From an uncultured Chloroflexia bacterium (lineage in GTDB: Bacteria; Chloroflexota; Limnocylindria; Limnocylindrales; CSP1-4): a stretch of 64,000 bases of DNA. The stretch spans positions 640,001-704,000 of the forward strand of contig CAVYIM010000003.1 in assembly GCA_963768655.1 (NCBI GenBank), given 5' to 3'. Numbering within the stretch: position 1 is the first letter of the stretch; the number at the start of each line of letters is the position of its first letter. Below are positions 1 to 10,492 of this stretch, piece after piece. The notes under the pieces were generated by a model. It saw nothing but the letters and a program-made list of their open reading frames with translations. It did not search any database and was not told where the DNA came from. Made by a program: the position numbers and the translations under genes.

Positions 1-1
1 T

Positions 2-730
2 GCGGTGCAGGCGCTATTCGGAGTCGACCTGGATCTCCCTGCCGGCCAGGTGACCGCTCTCTGCGGAGACAACGGCGCCGGCAAGTCGGTGCTGACCAAG
101 ACCATCGCCGGCATTCACCAGCCCGATCGTGGGGAGCTGTACTGGGAGGGTCGCCAGGTCCACATCCGCAGCCCTAAAGACGCTGCCTCCCTGGGGATCG
201 AGACCGTCTACCAGGATCTCGCGCTCGCCGACAACCTGGACATCGTCCAGAACATGTTCCTCGGCCGCGAGAGGCTGAACCGCTTCACGCTCGACGAGGA
301 CAACATGGAGCGGGCCGCGGGGGAAACCCTGGCCAGCCTGCACGTCACCACAGTGCGCTCCATTCGCCAGCCAGTGGCTACGCTCTCCGGTGGCCAGCGC
401 CAGGCGGTAGCCGTTGCCAAGGCGGTCATGTGGAATTCCAAACTGGTGATGCTTGACGAGCCCACGGCGGCTCTCGGCGTTGCCCAGACCAGGATGGTGC
501 TCGACCTGGTCAAGCGGCTCAAGGACCACGGCCTCGCCGTCATGGTCATCTCCCACAACCTCAACGACGTCTTCGAGGTCGCCGACCGGATCGCCATTCT
601 CCACCTCGGTCGGATGGTCGCCCAGGACCGGGCCTCGGTCTTCGATCGGCAGAGCGCCGTGGACTTCATGACGACCGGAGGGTCGAGTCGTGAGGTCGCC
701 GCATCCGCACCCAACCAGAGGAGGGACTGA
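2..730 (+). CDS. Sugar ABC transporter ATP-binding protein (5'-truncated by window edge)
   Basis: Walker A GDNGAGKS, signature LSGGQRQ, Walker B LVMLDEPT; the IETVYQDLAL motif is typical of monosaccharide (XylG/FrcA-like) ATPases. Confidence 0.93.
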   Translation, partial: AVQALFGVDLDLPAGQVTALCGDNGAGKSVLTKTIAGIHQPDRGELYWEGRQVHIRSPKDAASLGIETVYQDLALADNLDIVQNMFLGRERLNRFTLDEDNMERAAGETLASLHVTTVRSIRQPVATLSGGQRQAVAVAKAVMWNSKLVMLDEPTAALGVAQTRMVLDLVKRLKDHGLAVMVISHNLNDVFEVADRIAILHLGRMVAQDRASVFDRQSAVDFMTTGGSSREVAASAPNQRRD

Positions 731-733
731 GCC

Positions 734-2188
734 ATGGCTGGGGTCGAAGACCAGAACTCAGGCAAGAAGACTTCCGACGATATCGCGACCCAGGCTGAAA
801 CGGCGCCGGACCTTACCGCGGCCGCGGTCGAGGTCATCCCGCCGGAGATCGTCGCCCAGTCATTGGGCGAGTACATGAGAGCGTGGTCTACCCGAGTCAG
901 GAGCGGCGACGCGGGCGTGCTGCCCGTGGTGGCAGCCCTGGTCATCGTCACGATCGTCTTCCAGCTCGTGAGCCCCAACCACGTCTATCTCAAGCCGATC
1001 AACCTCGTCAACCTGTTCGACCAGAGTGCGGTGTTCATTCTCCTTGGCATTGGCGAGATCTTCGTCCTGTTGCTCGGCGAGATCGACCTTTCCATCGGCT
1101 ATGTCGCGGCGATCGGCGGAATCGTCGCCGGCCTCCTTGTGCAGAAACCCGGCCCTTCCTTCAGCCTGCCGTCCCACATCGGCCTTCCGTTCGGCATCTC
1201 TATCGCCGTTCCATTCGGCAACATGCCGCTGTGGCCGTTCGACGGGCAGATCTGGCCCTGGTGGCTCGCCATCGCCTTCGCGCTGCTCGTCTGCGCCGGG
1301 ATCGGGGCCCTTCAGGGGCTCATCATTACGCGGTTGAGGCTGCCATCGTTCGTGGTCACGCTGGCCGGACAGATGTTGTTGTTCGGGCTCATGATCATCA
1401 TCCTCGGCAATGCCGGGGGCGTGGGCATCACGAGCATAATCTTGCCCGATCAGCGAGCCTTGTACGGCATCGTCTGGGACTACCTGGACGTCTGGCTCAG
1501 CTGGCTTGGCCTGGCGGTCATCGTGTTGGTGATTGGCGGGTCGATGTGGCGACGTGACGCCAGCCGGCGCCGCAGCGGCCTCGTGGCCCCGCCGGTGGGT
1601 CTGACCGCCGCCAAGATTGTCTTCATCGCGGTCGCGGGCATCGTCGTCGTGGCGATCTGCAACGTCGACCGCAGCCAGGGGAAGCTACCGATCATCGGCG
1701 TCCCGTGGGTCATACCGCTGGTCCTCGCCATACTCGGAGGTGCGACGATCCTGCTCGAGCGGACTCAGTTCGGGCGACACGTGTACGCCGTGGGAGGCAA
1801 CCCCGAGGCGGCCCGGCGGGCCGGCGTCGGCGTGACTTCGATCCGCACCTGGGCTTTCATCATATGCGCGACCGTGTCCGGCATGGGCGGCATCGTCTAC
1901 GTCTCATCGCTGGGCGGCATCACGACCAACATTGCCGGTGGCCAGTACGTGCTCTTTGCCGTGGCCGCCGCCGTCATCGGTGGCACGAGCCTCATGGGCG
2001 GTCGTGGGCGCGCGATCCACGGCCTCCTGGGTGGTCTGACCATCGGAGCCATCTACAACGGCCTGTTCCTGCTCGGTCTCGCGGTCCAGTATCAGTACAT
2101 CGCTACCGGTCTCGTGCTGCTCGCCGCAGTGTCCGTCGATGCGCTCTCGCGCAGGAGCGCGACGTCCGGCAGCATGGCCCGGGTCTAG
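734..2188 (+). CDS. Sugar ABC transporter permease (XylH-like)
   Basis: Multiple TM segments; motifs GEIDLSIG, LPSFVVTLAG, FGRHVYAVGGNPEAARRAG, AAAVIGGTSLMGGRG. Confidence 0.93.
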   Translation: MAGVEDQNSGKKTSDDIATQAETAPDLTAAAVEVIPPEIVAQSLGEYMRAWSTRVRSGDAGVLPVVAALVIVTIVFQLVSPNHVYLKPINLVNLFDQSAVFILLGIGEIFVLLLGEIDLSIGYVAAIGGIVAGLLVQKPGPSFSLPSHIGLPFGISIAVPFGNMPLWPFDGQIWPWWLAIAFALLVCAGIGALQGLIITRLRLPSFVVTLAGQMLLFGLMIIILGNAGGVGITSIILPDQRALYGIVWDYLDVWLSWLGLAVIVLVIGGSMWRRDASRRRSGLVAPPVGLTAAKIVFIAVAGIVVVAICNVDRSQGKLPIIGVPWVIPLVLAILGGATILLERTQFGRHVYAVGGNPEAARRAGVGVTSIRTWAFIICATVSGMGGIVYVSSLGGITTNIAGGQYVLFAVAAAVIGGTSLMGGRGRAIHGLLGGLTIGAIYNGLFLLGLAVQYQYIATGLVLLAAVSVDALSRRSATSGSMARV

Positions 2189-2252
2189 CCGGGCCGCGCG
2201 CCGGTTCCTCGGGGCACGGCTCGCGCCGGAGGCTCGTTTCCGCCGCCTTCGA

Positions 2253-2281
2253 TTCGGGCGCCCTCGACCGGGGCGCCCGAA
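2253..2281 (+). terminator. GC-rich hairpin after the sugar ABC genes, possible terminator
   Basis: TTCGGGCGCCC / GGGCGCCCGAA perfect 11-bp inverted repeat; no U-tract. Confidence 0.45.
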
Positions 2282-2375
2282 CCTGGATCGTGCCCGGAGG
2301 AACGGGTGTCGGGCCGCGGAGGCCGCGAGGACGGCTGGCGGTCGGCGCCTTCGGCCTGTGGCGAGCCGCCGCTCG

Positions 2376-2405
2376 CCGGTGACTCCCGGTGACTCCCGGT
2401 GACTC
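2376..2405. repeat. 10-bp tandem repeat (CCGGTGACTC)x3 just upstream of the hrcA -35 box
   Basis: Read directly from the sequence. Confidence 0.85.
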
Positions 2406-2409
2406 GCCG

Positions 2410-2439
2410 TTGACACTCTCGGGGCGGGACTGCTACCAT
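2410..2439 (+). promoter_or_regulatory. Sigma70/SigA-type promoter of the hrcA-grpE-dnaK operon
   Basis: TTGACA (2410-2415), 18-bp spacer, extended -10 TGc-TACCAT (2434-2439), directly upstream of CIRCE. Confidence 0.8.
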
Positions 2440-2451
2440 CGGCGCAGCCAG

Positions 2452-2478
2452 TTAGCACTCGACTAGTGAGAGTGCTAA
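2452..2478 (+). promoter_or_regulatory. CIRCE element (HrcA operator)
   Basis: Exact consensus TTAGCACTC-N9-GAGTGCTAA upstream of hrcA. Confidence 0.98.
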
Positions 2479-2608
2479 CCAACCGCCAGGGCCTCGCCGG
2501 CCGGGGGATCGGCGGTGCCGCGGTCCCGGGACATCGCCTCGGACTCGACGCACCGACGCCGCTTCCAGGTACGGCTCCGCCCGACGGGAAAGCATCGGAG
2601 TGTCACCC

Positions 2609-3682
2609 ATGGCGCGACGGCCACGCCGCACCAACGACACGCTGGACGAGCGATCGGGCGCCGTCCTGCGGGCCGTCATCGACGAATATGTAAGCTCCGC
2701 GGTGCCCGTCAGCTCGGGTTCGCTGGTGGCGCACTACCCGCTCGGCGTGAGCAGTGCCACCGTTCGGGGCATCCTGGCGGATCTCGAGACCATAGGCTTG
2801 CTGACCCATCCTCACACCAGCGCCGGGCGCGTACCGACGGACGCCGGCTATCGCTACTACGTCCGGGTGCTTGCCGACGAGCAGTCGCTGCCGCCTGTGG
2901 AGCAGCGCATGATCCGCCATCAGTTCGGCCAGGTCGAGTTCGCCAGCGAGCAGTGGTTCCGCCTCGCGGCCAGCACCCTCGCGGCCAATACCGGCACCGC
3001 CGGCCTGGCGACCACCGCCAAGCCCAAGGCCGCCCGCGTTCGCCGGGTGGAGCTGCTCTCGGTCCAGGACCGCATGGCTTTGATGATCGTGGTCTTCCGC
3101 GAGGGGACGACCAGGCAGGTTCTTCACAACCTCGCCATGGCGGCCGAGCAGGACGAGTTGACCCGGGTCGCCGGGCTGCTGAACGTGCTTGCGGTGGACC
3201 GGACCGCCGACGAGATCGAGGCGGCGCTGGCCGACCTGCCGCTCGCCGAAGAGGCCGGCGGCGGCTCGGACCTCCTGCATCGCTTCGGCGAGTTGCTCGT
3301 CCGCGCCATGCGCGAGTTCGACGCCGCAGCCATCGACGATCTCTTCAGCGATGGCCTGCTCAACGTCATGGCGGCGCCGGAGTTCGATCGCAGTGAGAAG
3401 GTGCGTCAAGTCTTCGCCGCGCTCGAGAACCGCGCCTATCTGGGCTCGCTCGTCGAGGCGGTGGCCCGGGCCGGCAGCATCCAGATCTTCATCGGCCACG
3501 AGAACAGGCCGCTCGAGATGCAGGACGTCTCCCTGGTCCTCGCCCCATACGGACGGATCGGGCGAGCGGTCGGCGTCGTCGGCGTTCTCGGGCCGACGCG
3601 CATGTCATATCCACAGGCGATCGCGTCGGTCGAATTCGTCTCGGACCTCATGAACGAGCTGGTGGAGCATCTCTATGCCTGA
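2609..3682 (+). CDS. hrcA: Heat-inducible transcription repressor HrcA
   Basis: SSATVR...HPHTSAGRVPTDAGYRYYV and GVLGPTRMSY motifs; CIRCE upstream, grpE-dnaK downstream. Confidence 0.97.
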   Translation: MARRPRRTNDTLDERSGAVLRAVIDEYVSSAVPVSSGSLVAHYPLGVSSATVRGILADLETIGLLTHPHTSAGRVPTDAGYRYYVRVLADEQSLPPVEQRMIRHQFGQVEFASEQWFRLAASTLAANTGTAGLATTAKPKAARVRRVELLSVQDRMALMIVVFREGTTRQVLHNLAMAAEQDELTRVAGLLNVLAVDRTADEIEAALADLPLAEEAGGGSDLLHRFGELLVRAMREFDAAAIDDLFSDGLLNVMAAPEFDRSEKVRQVFAALENRAYLGSLVEAVARAGSIQIFIGHENRPLEMQDVSLVLAPYGRIGRAVGVVGVLGPTRMSYPQAIASVEFVSDLMNELVEHLYA

Positions 3683-4295
3683 TCGACCCCTGACCTCGCG
3701 AACCCACCACCGCGGCGCGGCCGGCGACTGGCCCGGGCAGCCTTCCTCCGGGGCACATCCCGCCGAACCCCCGACCGACACCGGCGCCGAGCTGGAGCGG
3801 CTTCGGGCCGAGCTGGAGGCGGCCCAGGCAGAGACCTCCGAACACCTGGCCAGCCTGCAGCGGACCGCGGCCGACTTCGCCAACTTCCGGCGCCGTACGG
3901 CCGAGGATCGAGAGCGCGAGCTCGGCCTGGCCAGCGAGTCACTGCTTCGCAAGCTGCTGGCCGTGGCCGACGACTTCGATAGGGCGCTGGACACCATGCC
4001 GGCCGACCTTCGGGGAATCGGCTGGATCGAGGGCATCGTCCTGCTCGACCGCAAGCTGCGCCAGCTGCTCGAGAGCGAGGGTGTGACTCCGATAGAGGTG
4101 ATCGGCCGGCCCTTCGACCCGCGCGAGCATGAAGCGATCGCCAGCGTCCCCGCCACGGGGCGGCCCGACGGGGAGATCGTGGCCGAGGTCCAGCGCGGCT
4201 ATCGAGTGAGAGATCGAATCCTGCGGCCGGCGAAGGTCGCGGTCGCCGACGGCGGCGCGGCCGCTCGGGGCGACGCCAATTCATACAGCAACTGA
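3675..4295 (+). CDS. grpE: Nucleotide exchange factor GrpE
   Basis: [36 protein letters not shown]. Confidence 0.97.
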   Translation: MPDRPLTSRTHHRGAAGDWPGQPSSGAHPAEPPTDTGAELERLRAELEAAQAETSEHLASLQRTAADFANFRRRTAEDRERELGLASESLLRKLLAVADDFDRALDTMPADLRGIGWIEGIVLLDRKLRQLLESEGVTPIEVIGRPFDPREHEAIASVPATGRPDGEIVAEVQRGYRVRDRILRPAKVAVADGGAAARGDANSYSN

Positions 4296-4327
4296 CACAC
4301 ACCGATCCAACTAGGAGCGACATACAG

Positions 4328-6253
4328 ATGGGCAAGATCATCGGCATCGACCTGGGCACGACGAACTCCGTCGTGGCGGTGATGGAGGGCGGAGAGCCGA
4401 CCGTCATCCCATCGGCTGAGGGCGGCCGGACGGTCCCCTCGGTCGTCGCCTTCACCAAGAGCGGCGATCGGCTCGTCGGCCAGCTGGCCAAGCGCCAGGC
4501 CGTCACGAACCCGGGCAACACCGTCTACTCGATCAAGCGTTTCATGGGCCGCCGCTTCGACGATCCCGAGGTGGCGCACTCGTTGCCGCTCGTCCCGTAC
4601 AAGGTCGAGCGCGACGCGCACAGCGACGGGATCAAGGTCGTCCTTGCGGACGGCAAGACGTACACCCCGCCCGAAATCAGCGCCATGATCTTGCAGAAGC
4701 TCAAGGCGGACGCGGAGGCGTACCTGGGCGAGAAGGTCACCGAGGCGGTCATCACCGTCCCGGCCTACTTCGACGATACCCAGCGCCAGGCCACCAAGGA
4801 CGCGGGTCGAATCGCCGGCCTGGACGTCAAGCGGATCATCAACGAGCCCACCGCTTCGGCGCTCGCGTACGGCCTGGACAAGAAGCACGACGAGAAGATC
4901 GCCGTCTACGACCTGGGCGGCGGCACGTTCGACATCTCGATCCTCGAGCTGGGCGAGGGCGTCTTCGAAGTCAAGGCCACCAATGGCGACACCCACCTGG
5001 GCGGCGACGACTTCGATCAGCGCGTCATCGAATGGCTTCTGGCTGAGTTCAAGCGCGACGAGGGGATCGATCTCCGCAACGACCCGCAGGCTCTCCAGCG
5101 GCTCAAGGAAGCGGCCGAGAAAGCCAAGATCGAGCTCTCCACCACCACGACGACCGAGATCAACCTTCCGTATATGACCGCCCACGAGGGCAACCCGAAG
5201 CACCTGGTGATGACCCTGACCCGGGCCAAGCTGGAAGACCTGACAGCGGATCTGATCGACAAGACCCGCGGTCCCGTTTCCCAGGCGTTGCGCGACGCCG
5301 GGCTCAAGCCGTCGGAGATCGACGAAGTAGTCCTGGTTGGCGGTCAGACCCGGATGCCGGCGGTCGTCGAGGCCGTCAAGCAGATGTTTGGCGGCAAGGA
5401 GCCGCACCGCGGCGTGAACCCGGACGAAGTCGTGGCTATCGGGGCTGCGATCCAGGCCGGCGTGCTCGCGGGCGAGGTCAAAGACGTCCTGCTCTTGGAT
5501 GTGACTCCGCTCTCGCTCGGCATCGAGACGATGGGCGGCGTGATGACTCGCCTGATCGATCGCAACACCACGATCCCGACGAGCAAGAGCCAGGTATTCT
5601 CGACTGCGTCGGACAACCAGACCCAGGTGGAGGTCCACGTCCTCCAGGGCGAGCGCGACTTCGCCACGGACAACAAGACCCTGGGCAAGTTCATCCTCGA
5701 CGGGATTCCGCCGGCTCCGCGAGGCATCCCCCAGATCGAGGTCACCTTCGACATCGACGCCAACGGCATCCTCGACGTCAAGGCCAAGGATCGGGCGACC
5801 AGCCGCGAGCAGCAGGTCCGCATCACCGCCAGCTCGATGCTGTCCAAGAGCGACGTCGACCGAATGGTCGGCGAGGCCGCGGCCCACGCCGACGAGGACC
5901 GCAAGCGCAAGGACGAAGTCGAGGCCCGCAACCAGGCCGACGCCCTGGCCTATCAGGCCGAGCGCACCCTGCGCGACCTGGGCGACAAGGTCTCGCCCGA
6001 CGACAAGGCCGAGACGGAGCGCCGTGTCGAGGCCGTCCGGACGGCGCTCAAGGGCAGCGACCTGGCCGCGGTGAAGTCCTCATCGGACGCGCTGGTTCAG
6101 CAGCTGCAGAAGGTTGGCACGGCGGCCTACCAGGCTGCCGGAGCCACTCCCCCGGGCGGCACTGACGACGGTCAATCGGGCGGAGCATCCTCCGACGGCT
6201 CGTCTGCCCAGGGGAACGAGGAAGTCGTCGAGGGCGAGTTCAAGGAGGCCTGA
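4328..6253 (+). CDS. dnaK: Chaperone DnaK (Hsp70)
   Basis: [30 protein letters not shown]; SD AGGAG. Confidence 0.99.
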   Translation: MGKIIGIDLGTTNSVVAVMEGGEPTVIPSAEGGRTVPSVVAFTKSGDRLVGQLAKRQAVTNPGNTVYSIKRFMGRRFDDPEVAHSLPLVPYKVERDAHSDGIKVVLADGKTYTPPEISAMILQKLKADAEAYLGEKVTEAVITVPAYFDDTQRQATKDAGRIAGLDVKRIINEPTASALAYGLDKKHDEKIAVYDLGGGTFDISILELGEGVFEVKATNGDTHLGGDDFDQRVIEWLLAEFKRDEGIDLRNDPQALQRLKEAAEKAKIELSTTTTTEINLPYMTAHEGNPKHLVMTLTRAKLEDLTADLIDKTRGPVSQALRDAGLKPSEIDEVVLVGGQTRMPAVVEAVKQMFGGKEPHRGVNPDEVVAIGAAIQAGVLAGEVKDVLLLDVTPLSLGIETMGGVMTRLIDRNTTIPTSKSQVFSTASDNQTQVEVHVLQGERDFATDNKTLGKFILDGIPPAPRGIPQIEVTFDIDANGILDVKAKDRATSREQQVRITASSMLSKSDVDRMVGEAAAHADEDRKRKDEVEARNQADALAYQAERTLRDLGDKVSPDDKAETERRVEAVRTALKGSDLAAVKSSSDALVQQLQKVGTAAYQAAGATPPGGTDDGQSGGASSDGSSAQGNEEVVEGEFKEA

Positions 6254-7578
6254 TCGGGCCGTTCGTCCTGCTGCGCGTACGGATCCCAGCGCGCCGCTCT
6301 GGAACTCTGGGCTGGCGCGCTGGTGCTTGGGGCTGGCGCGCCGGCGGTCGCCGGCCGTGGCACCCACGCCCGCGATCTGCCGACGCGGGCGAGCGTCCTG
6401 CGGGTCCGCTGCCGGTCCACGAGCTCGATCGAAATCGGTACGAGCAGCCCGACCGCCACGGCCGTCGTGAGGACGAGGAGCACAAGCAGTGCGGCGATCG
6501 CAAGCTGGAAGGGGCCGGTTCCCGAGCTGGGCCACGCCAGCACGTCGGTGCGGCCGGCGAGCGTGGCGACGGTGATGATCGTGAAGGCCGCCACGGGCAG
6601 GGTGTAAACCACAATCGCCAGTGCGTTGGCCAGCCGCAGGCAGATCGACCAGGCCGTCCCGACCAGCGAGCCGCTCGACCCGGAGACGCCCAGCCTCGCG
6701 AACAGATCCGGCAAATGACGCGCCGGGTCTATCAGCCAGCCGAACGGATCTTCGGAGTTGCGCTGGGCCAGTTCCACGGCCACGAGGGCGGCAATGAGGC
6801 CCGGCAGCGCATAGCCCCGCCAGAAGAGCGCGGCCGGCACGAGCAGGCCGACCGCGATCCGGGCCTGAGTCCGCAGCATGGCCAACCAGCAAGTGCCGGC
6901 GCGATACGGTGTCAGGTACGGCGTCGCCGCTCCAAGGCCCGGTGCGTTGTGGGTCGAGAGGCCCAGGAAGATCGAGAAGAAGAGCAGGGCCAACGCTCCG
7001 ATGACGGCGAACGCGATGGCCATCGCCTCGAGCAGCCCCTGGTGGCCGTTGTCAACCTGCGTCCAGGCCAATGTGATCGAGCCCGTCTGCAGGGCCGCGC
7101 GCGCAACTGGAGTCAGAGTCGTGACTATCAAGGCGCCGTCGACGAGGAGGAGCGTCAGGAGCCCGGCGGCGAGGTAACCCACGAACCACACCGGCACGAA
7201 CGCCCGGGTCGCCAGCGACCAGGCGATGCGGCGCCTGATCCAGCCGGTGAGGGACGGCAGCCGGAACCGCGGCTCCGGCTTGGGCTGAGCCTGAGGTGCC
7301 GAGAAATCGCGGACCGGCGTTGGGGCCAGGGCAACCGGCCGCGAGTAGTAGGCCGGAACATCGTCGTCCGACGGTCCCCCACCCGGGCCGCCCACGGCCG
7401 CGGGACCGGCGCCGATTGCACCGGGAAGGAACGGCGCTGGACCCGGCGTTCCGCCCGGCCGGGCGATCGGCGCAGACTCCTTCGGCTTGCTGCCGAACTT
7501 CTGGTGGCAGTGGTAGCACCGGCCCGTGCCGGCGCGATTGAGCGACCGGCAATGCTGGCAGACCCAGAATTCGTCCAC
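6172..7578 (-). CDS. Membrane protein with an N-terminal RanBP2-type zinc finger (membrane part may be DUF4328-like)
   Basis: [20 protein letters not shown] fits W-x-C-x2-C-x3-N-x6-C-x2-C; Pro/Gly linker, several TM helices; GTG start with GGAGAG upstream. Confidence 0.75.
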   Translation of the reverse strand: MDEFWVCQHCRSLNRAGTGRCYHCHQKFGSKPKESAPIARPGGTPGPAPFLPGAIGAGPAAVGGPGGGPSDDDVPAYYSRPVALAPTPVRDFSAPQAQPKPEPRFRLPSLTGWIRRRIAWSLATRAFVPVWFVGYLAAGLLTLLLVDGALIVTTLTPVARAALQTGSITLAWTQVDNGHQGLLEAMAIAFAVIGALALLFFSIFLGLSTHNAPGLGAATPYLTPYRAGTCWLAMLRTQARIAVGLLVPAALFWRGYALPGLIAALVAVELAQRNSEDPFGWLIDPARHLPDLFARLGVSGSSGSLVGTAWSICLRLANALAIVVYTLPVAAFTIITVATLAGRTDVLAWPSSGTGPFQLAIAALLVLLVLTTAVAVGLLVPISIELVDRQRTRRTLARVGRSRAWVPRPATAGAPAPSTSAPAQSSRAARWDPYAQQDERPDQASLNSPSTTSSFPWADEPSEDAPPD

Positions 7579-7824
7579 GCGCGAGCTTCTCTCCTGGCCT
7601 GGATGTGCGTCGTGTTGGAACGCCCGACTTGCGCGGCTTCGATGATAGCCTCGCGGATGGGTCCGCGAGACACGCCCGAATGGTCACAGGACCGTTCGGG
7701 GCAATGGTTCTCCCGGAATGCCGGCGGGTCAATGCCTTCCTGGCTCGAATCGATCCGGTCGCCGACTGCGGGCCGGGTCATCGGCAACAGGTTGGACCGG
7801 CACGCCGGGCGTTACCATCGCCCC

Positions 7825-8829
7825 GTGCCAGACGCCGTACCCTCACCGGAATCCGCGATCCATGCCCGCAGCCTGACGAAACGCTTCGGGGCGTTCACCG
7901 CCGTCGACAGCGTCGACTTCGACGTGGCCGCCGGCGAGTCCTTCGGGTTCCTCGGCCCCAACGGCGCCGGCAAGACTTCCACGATGCGGATGATCGGGAC
8001 TGTCTCGCCGGTTACCGCCGGAACGCTCACCGTCTTCGGGCTGGACCCGGCTCACAATGGGGCTCGGATTCGGTCCCGGCTGGGCGTCGTCCCTCAAGCT
8101 GACACGCTCGACAACGAGCTGAGCGTCCTGGAGAACCTGCTCATCTACGGGCGCTACTTTGGCCTGTCGTGGGGCGAGGCCGGACGTCGAGCCACGGAGT
8201 TGCTCGATTTCGTGCAGCTGACGGAGCGATCCGGCGATCAGGTCGAACCGTTGTCCGGCGGCATGAAGCGGCGCCTCGTGATCGCGCGGGCCCTCATCAA
8301 CGACCCGGAGATGCTCCTCCTCGACGAGCCGACGACCGGCCTGGACCCCCAGGCCCGGCACCTGCTGTGGGACCGCCTGTACCGGCTCAAGCAGCGCGGC
8401 GTGACCCTCTGCCTGACGACCCACTACATGGACGAGGCGGAGCAGCTGTGCGACCGGCTCGTGGTCATGGACAAGGCGAAGATCGTGGCCGAAGGCTCGC
8501 CCCGCCAGCTGATCGAGCGATACGTCACGCGCGAGGTGCTGGAGCTGAGGTTCAATCGCGAGGACGAAGCCGAAGGCGACCGCGTGGCGACCGGCCCGGC
8601 AGGCGATGGCGTGACGAACGGCGGCGACCCCGACCTCGACGGCCAGCTCGAGGGCCTGGCCGAGCGAATTGAGCATCTGCCCGACCGGCTGCTCGTCTAC
8701 ACGGCCGACGGGGACGCGACCGCGGCCGCCGCCTTCGAGCGCGGGCTTCGACCCGCCAGCGTCCTCGTTCGCCGGAGCTCGCTGGAGGACGTCTTCCTCC
8801 GGCTCACCGGCCGCAGCCTGATCGAATGA
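7825..8829 (+). CDS. ABC-2 exporter ATP-binding protein (NodI-like)
   Basis: GPNGAGKT, LSGGMKRR, LLLDEPTTGLDPQARH, TTHYMDEAEQLCDR; the start is GTG 7825, not the 6715 start of the ORF track. Confidence 0.92.
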   Translation: MPDAVPSPESAIHARSLTKRFGAFTAVDSVDFDVAAGESFGFLGPNGAGKTSTMRMIGTVSPVTAGTLTVFGLDPAHNGARIRSRLGVVPQADTLDNELSVLENLLIYGRYFGLSWGEAGRRATELLDFVQLTERSGDQVEPLSGGMKRRLVIARALINDPEMLLLDEPTTGLDPQARHLLWDRLYRLKQRGVTLCLTTHYMDEAEQLCDRLVVMDKAKIVAEGSPRQLIERYVTREVLELRFNREDEAEGDRVATGPAGDGVTNGGDPDLDGQLEGLAERIEHLPDRLLVYTADGDATAAAAFERGLRPASVLVRRSSLEDVFLRLTGRSLIE

Positions 8830-9650
8830 TGGCTGCCGGCACTCCGTCTGCGGCGGGCCGCGGGCTCCTGTTCGGCCTGACGTTGCATCCCTCGTTCCGA
8901 GTTCTCGAGCACGACCTGCTGGTCTTTCGGCGGGGCTGGCACAGCTACATCCTGTCCGGTCTCAGCCAGCCGTTCCTGTACCTGCTGTCGATGGGCGTCG
9001 GCCTGGGCTATTACGTGAACCGCAATGGCGGGCTGCCCGGCGGCGTTCCTTATCTGGACTACATCGCGCCGGCGCTGCTGGTCACGCAGGCCATGATGGT
9101 CGCCAGCGCCGAATTGGCCTGGCCGACCATGAGCAAGTTCGCCTGGGAGAAGACGTACCTGGCGGCCCTCAACACTCCGCTCGGGTCCACGAACCTGCTC
9201 GCCGGCGACATGATGTGGATCGCCTTTCGGGCGACGCTGATCTCGGTCCTGTTCTTCGGCGTCATCCTGCTGTTCGGGGCCGTCGGCTCGCCGCTCGCCA
9301 TCCTGGCCGTCCCGGTCGCGGTGCTGACCGCGATGTCCTTCGCCGCCCCGATCATCGCCTTCACTGCGACGCAGAAGACCGACCAGCCCTTCAACATGCT
9401 GTTCCGGTTCGGCATCACGCCGCTCTTCCTGTTCAGCGGCACTTTCTTCCCGATCGACAATCTGCCGCTCTTCATCCGACCGCTGGCCTGGTTCACGCCG
9501 CTCTACCACGGCGTCAGCCTGGCCCGGAGCTTCTCGCTGGGCCAGATCGACCCGATCGGCGAGGTCGTCCACTTCGCCGTCCTGGGCGCGTTCGTGGTGT
9601 TTGGACTGGTCGCCGCGCGGATCACATTCCGGCGCAGGCTGGAAGTCTGA
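8826..9650 (+). CDS. ABC-2 exporter permease (NodJ-like)
   Basis: About 6 TM helices; PLFLFSGTFFP...TPLYHGV; overlaps the ATPase stop. Confidence 0.9.
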   Translation: MMAAGTPSAAGRGLLFGLTLHPSFRVLEHDLLVFRRGWHSYILSGLSQPFLYLLSMGVGLGYYVNRNGGLPGGVPYLDYIAPALLVTQAMMVASAELAWPTMSKFAWEKTYLAALNTPLGSTNLLAGDMMWIAFRATLISVLFFGVILLFGAVGSPLAILAVPVAVLTAMSFAAPIIAFTATQKTDQPFNMLFRFGITPLFLFSGTFFPIDNLPLFIRPLAWFTPLYHGVSLARSFSLGQIDPIGEVVHFAVLGAFVVFGLVAARITFRRRLEV

Positions 9651-10459
9651 TGCTCGCCCTGCGCCTCTCCGCTCCGGTAGCCCTGGTCCGACCGACCCGC
9701 ATGGTCGAGCGCAACCTGATGGTCTACCGGCGGACCTTCATGGTCATCTTCTCCGGCTTCTTCGAGCCGCTGTTCTACCTGTTCTCGATGGGCTTCGGGG
9801 TGGGCGCGCTCATCGGGTCGGTCCAGCTGGACAACGGCAGCAGCGTCCCCTACGCGGTATTCGTGGCCCCGGCGCTCCTGGCCTCGTCGGCGATGAACGG
9901 CGCCATCTACGAGACCTCGAACAACTTCTTCTACAAGCTCAAGTACGCGAAGCTGTACGACGCGGTCATCGCCACGCCCATGTCGCTGAGCGACGTGGCC
10001 CGGGGCGAGATCCTGTGGGCCCTGCTGCGCGGCAGCCTGTACGTCGTCGGATTCCTGGTCGTGATCGCCGTGCTGGGCATCGGAGGCCTGGGCCTGATCA
10101 GCTCGCCGCTCGGGATCCTCGCTTTCCCGGCCGCGATGGTCGTGGGCTTCGGCTTCGCCGGCGCCGGCATGGCCGCCTCGACGTTCGTCCGCAAATGGCA
10201 GGATTTCGACATCCTGCAGCTGGCGATCATGCCGATGTTCCTGTTCTCGGGCACGTTCTACCCGATCACCGCCTATCCGCCGGCGCTCCAGGTCTTCGTC
10301 CAGTGCACGCCGCTCTACCGCGGCGTCCACCTCATCCGCGCCCTGACGACGGGCACGCCCGACCTGTGGATGATCGCCGACGTCGTCTACCTGGTGGTGA
10401 TGGGGCTGATCGGCCTGGCCATCGTGGCGCGCCGGCTGGAGCGGCTGCTGGGGGCGTAG
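9650..10459 (+). CDS. ABC-2 exporter permease (NodJ-like), second subunit
   Basis: SGFFEPLFYL, PMFLFSGTFYP; TGATG coupling at 9648-9652. Confidence 0.9.
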   Translation: MLALRLSAPVALVRPTRMVERNLMVYRRTFMVIFSGFFEPLFYLFSMGFGVGALIGSVQLDNGSSVPYAVFVAPALLASSAMNGAIYETSNNFFYKLKYAKLYDAVIATPMSLSDVARGEILWALLRGSLYVVGFLVVIAVLGIGGLGLISSPLGILAFPAAMVVGFGFAGAGMAASTFVRKWQDFDILQLAIMPMFLFSGTFYPITAYPPALQVFVQCTPLYRGVHLIRALTTGTPDLWMIADVVYLVVMGLIGLAIVARRLERLLGA

Positions 10460-10492
10460 GGGGCGGGGCGCAGCACGCTACACTCGGCATCG

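Noticed and set aside
4199-5887. 562-aa ORF antisense to dnaK
   Set aside because: A well-known shadow ORF of GC-rich dnaK genes; no independent coding evidence.
6715-7824. Apparent 370-aa N-terminal extension of the ABC ATPase (704-aa ORF)
   Set aside because: It overlaps the minus-strand Zn-finger gene and reads as non-coding-frame sequence; a -10 box and GTG at 7825 give a normal-length ATPase.
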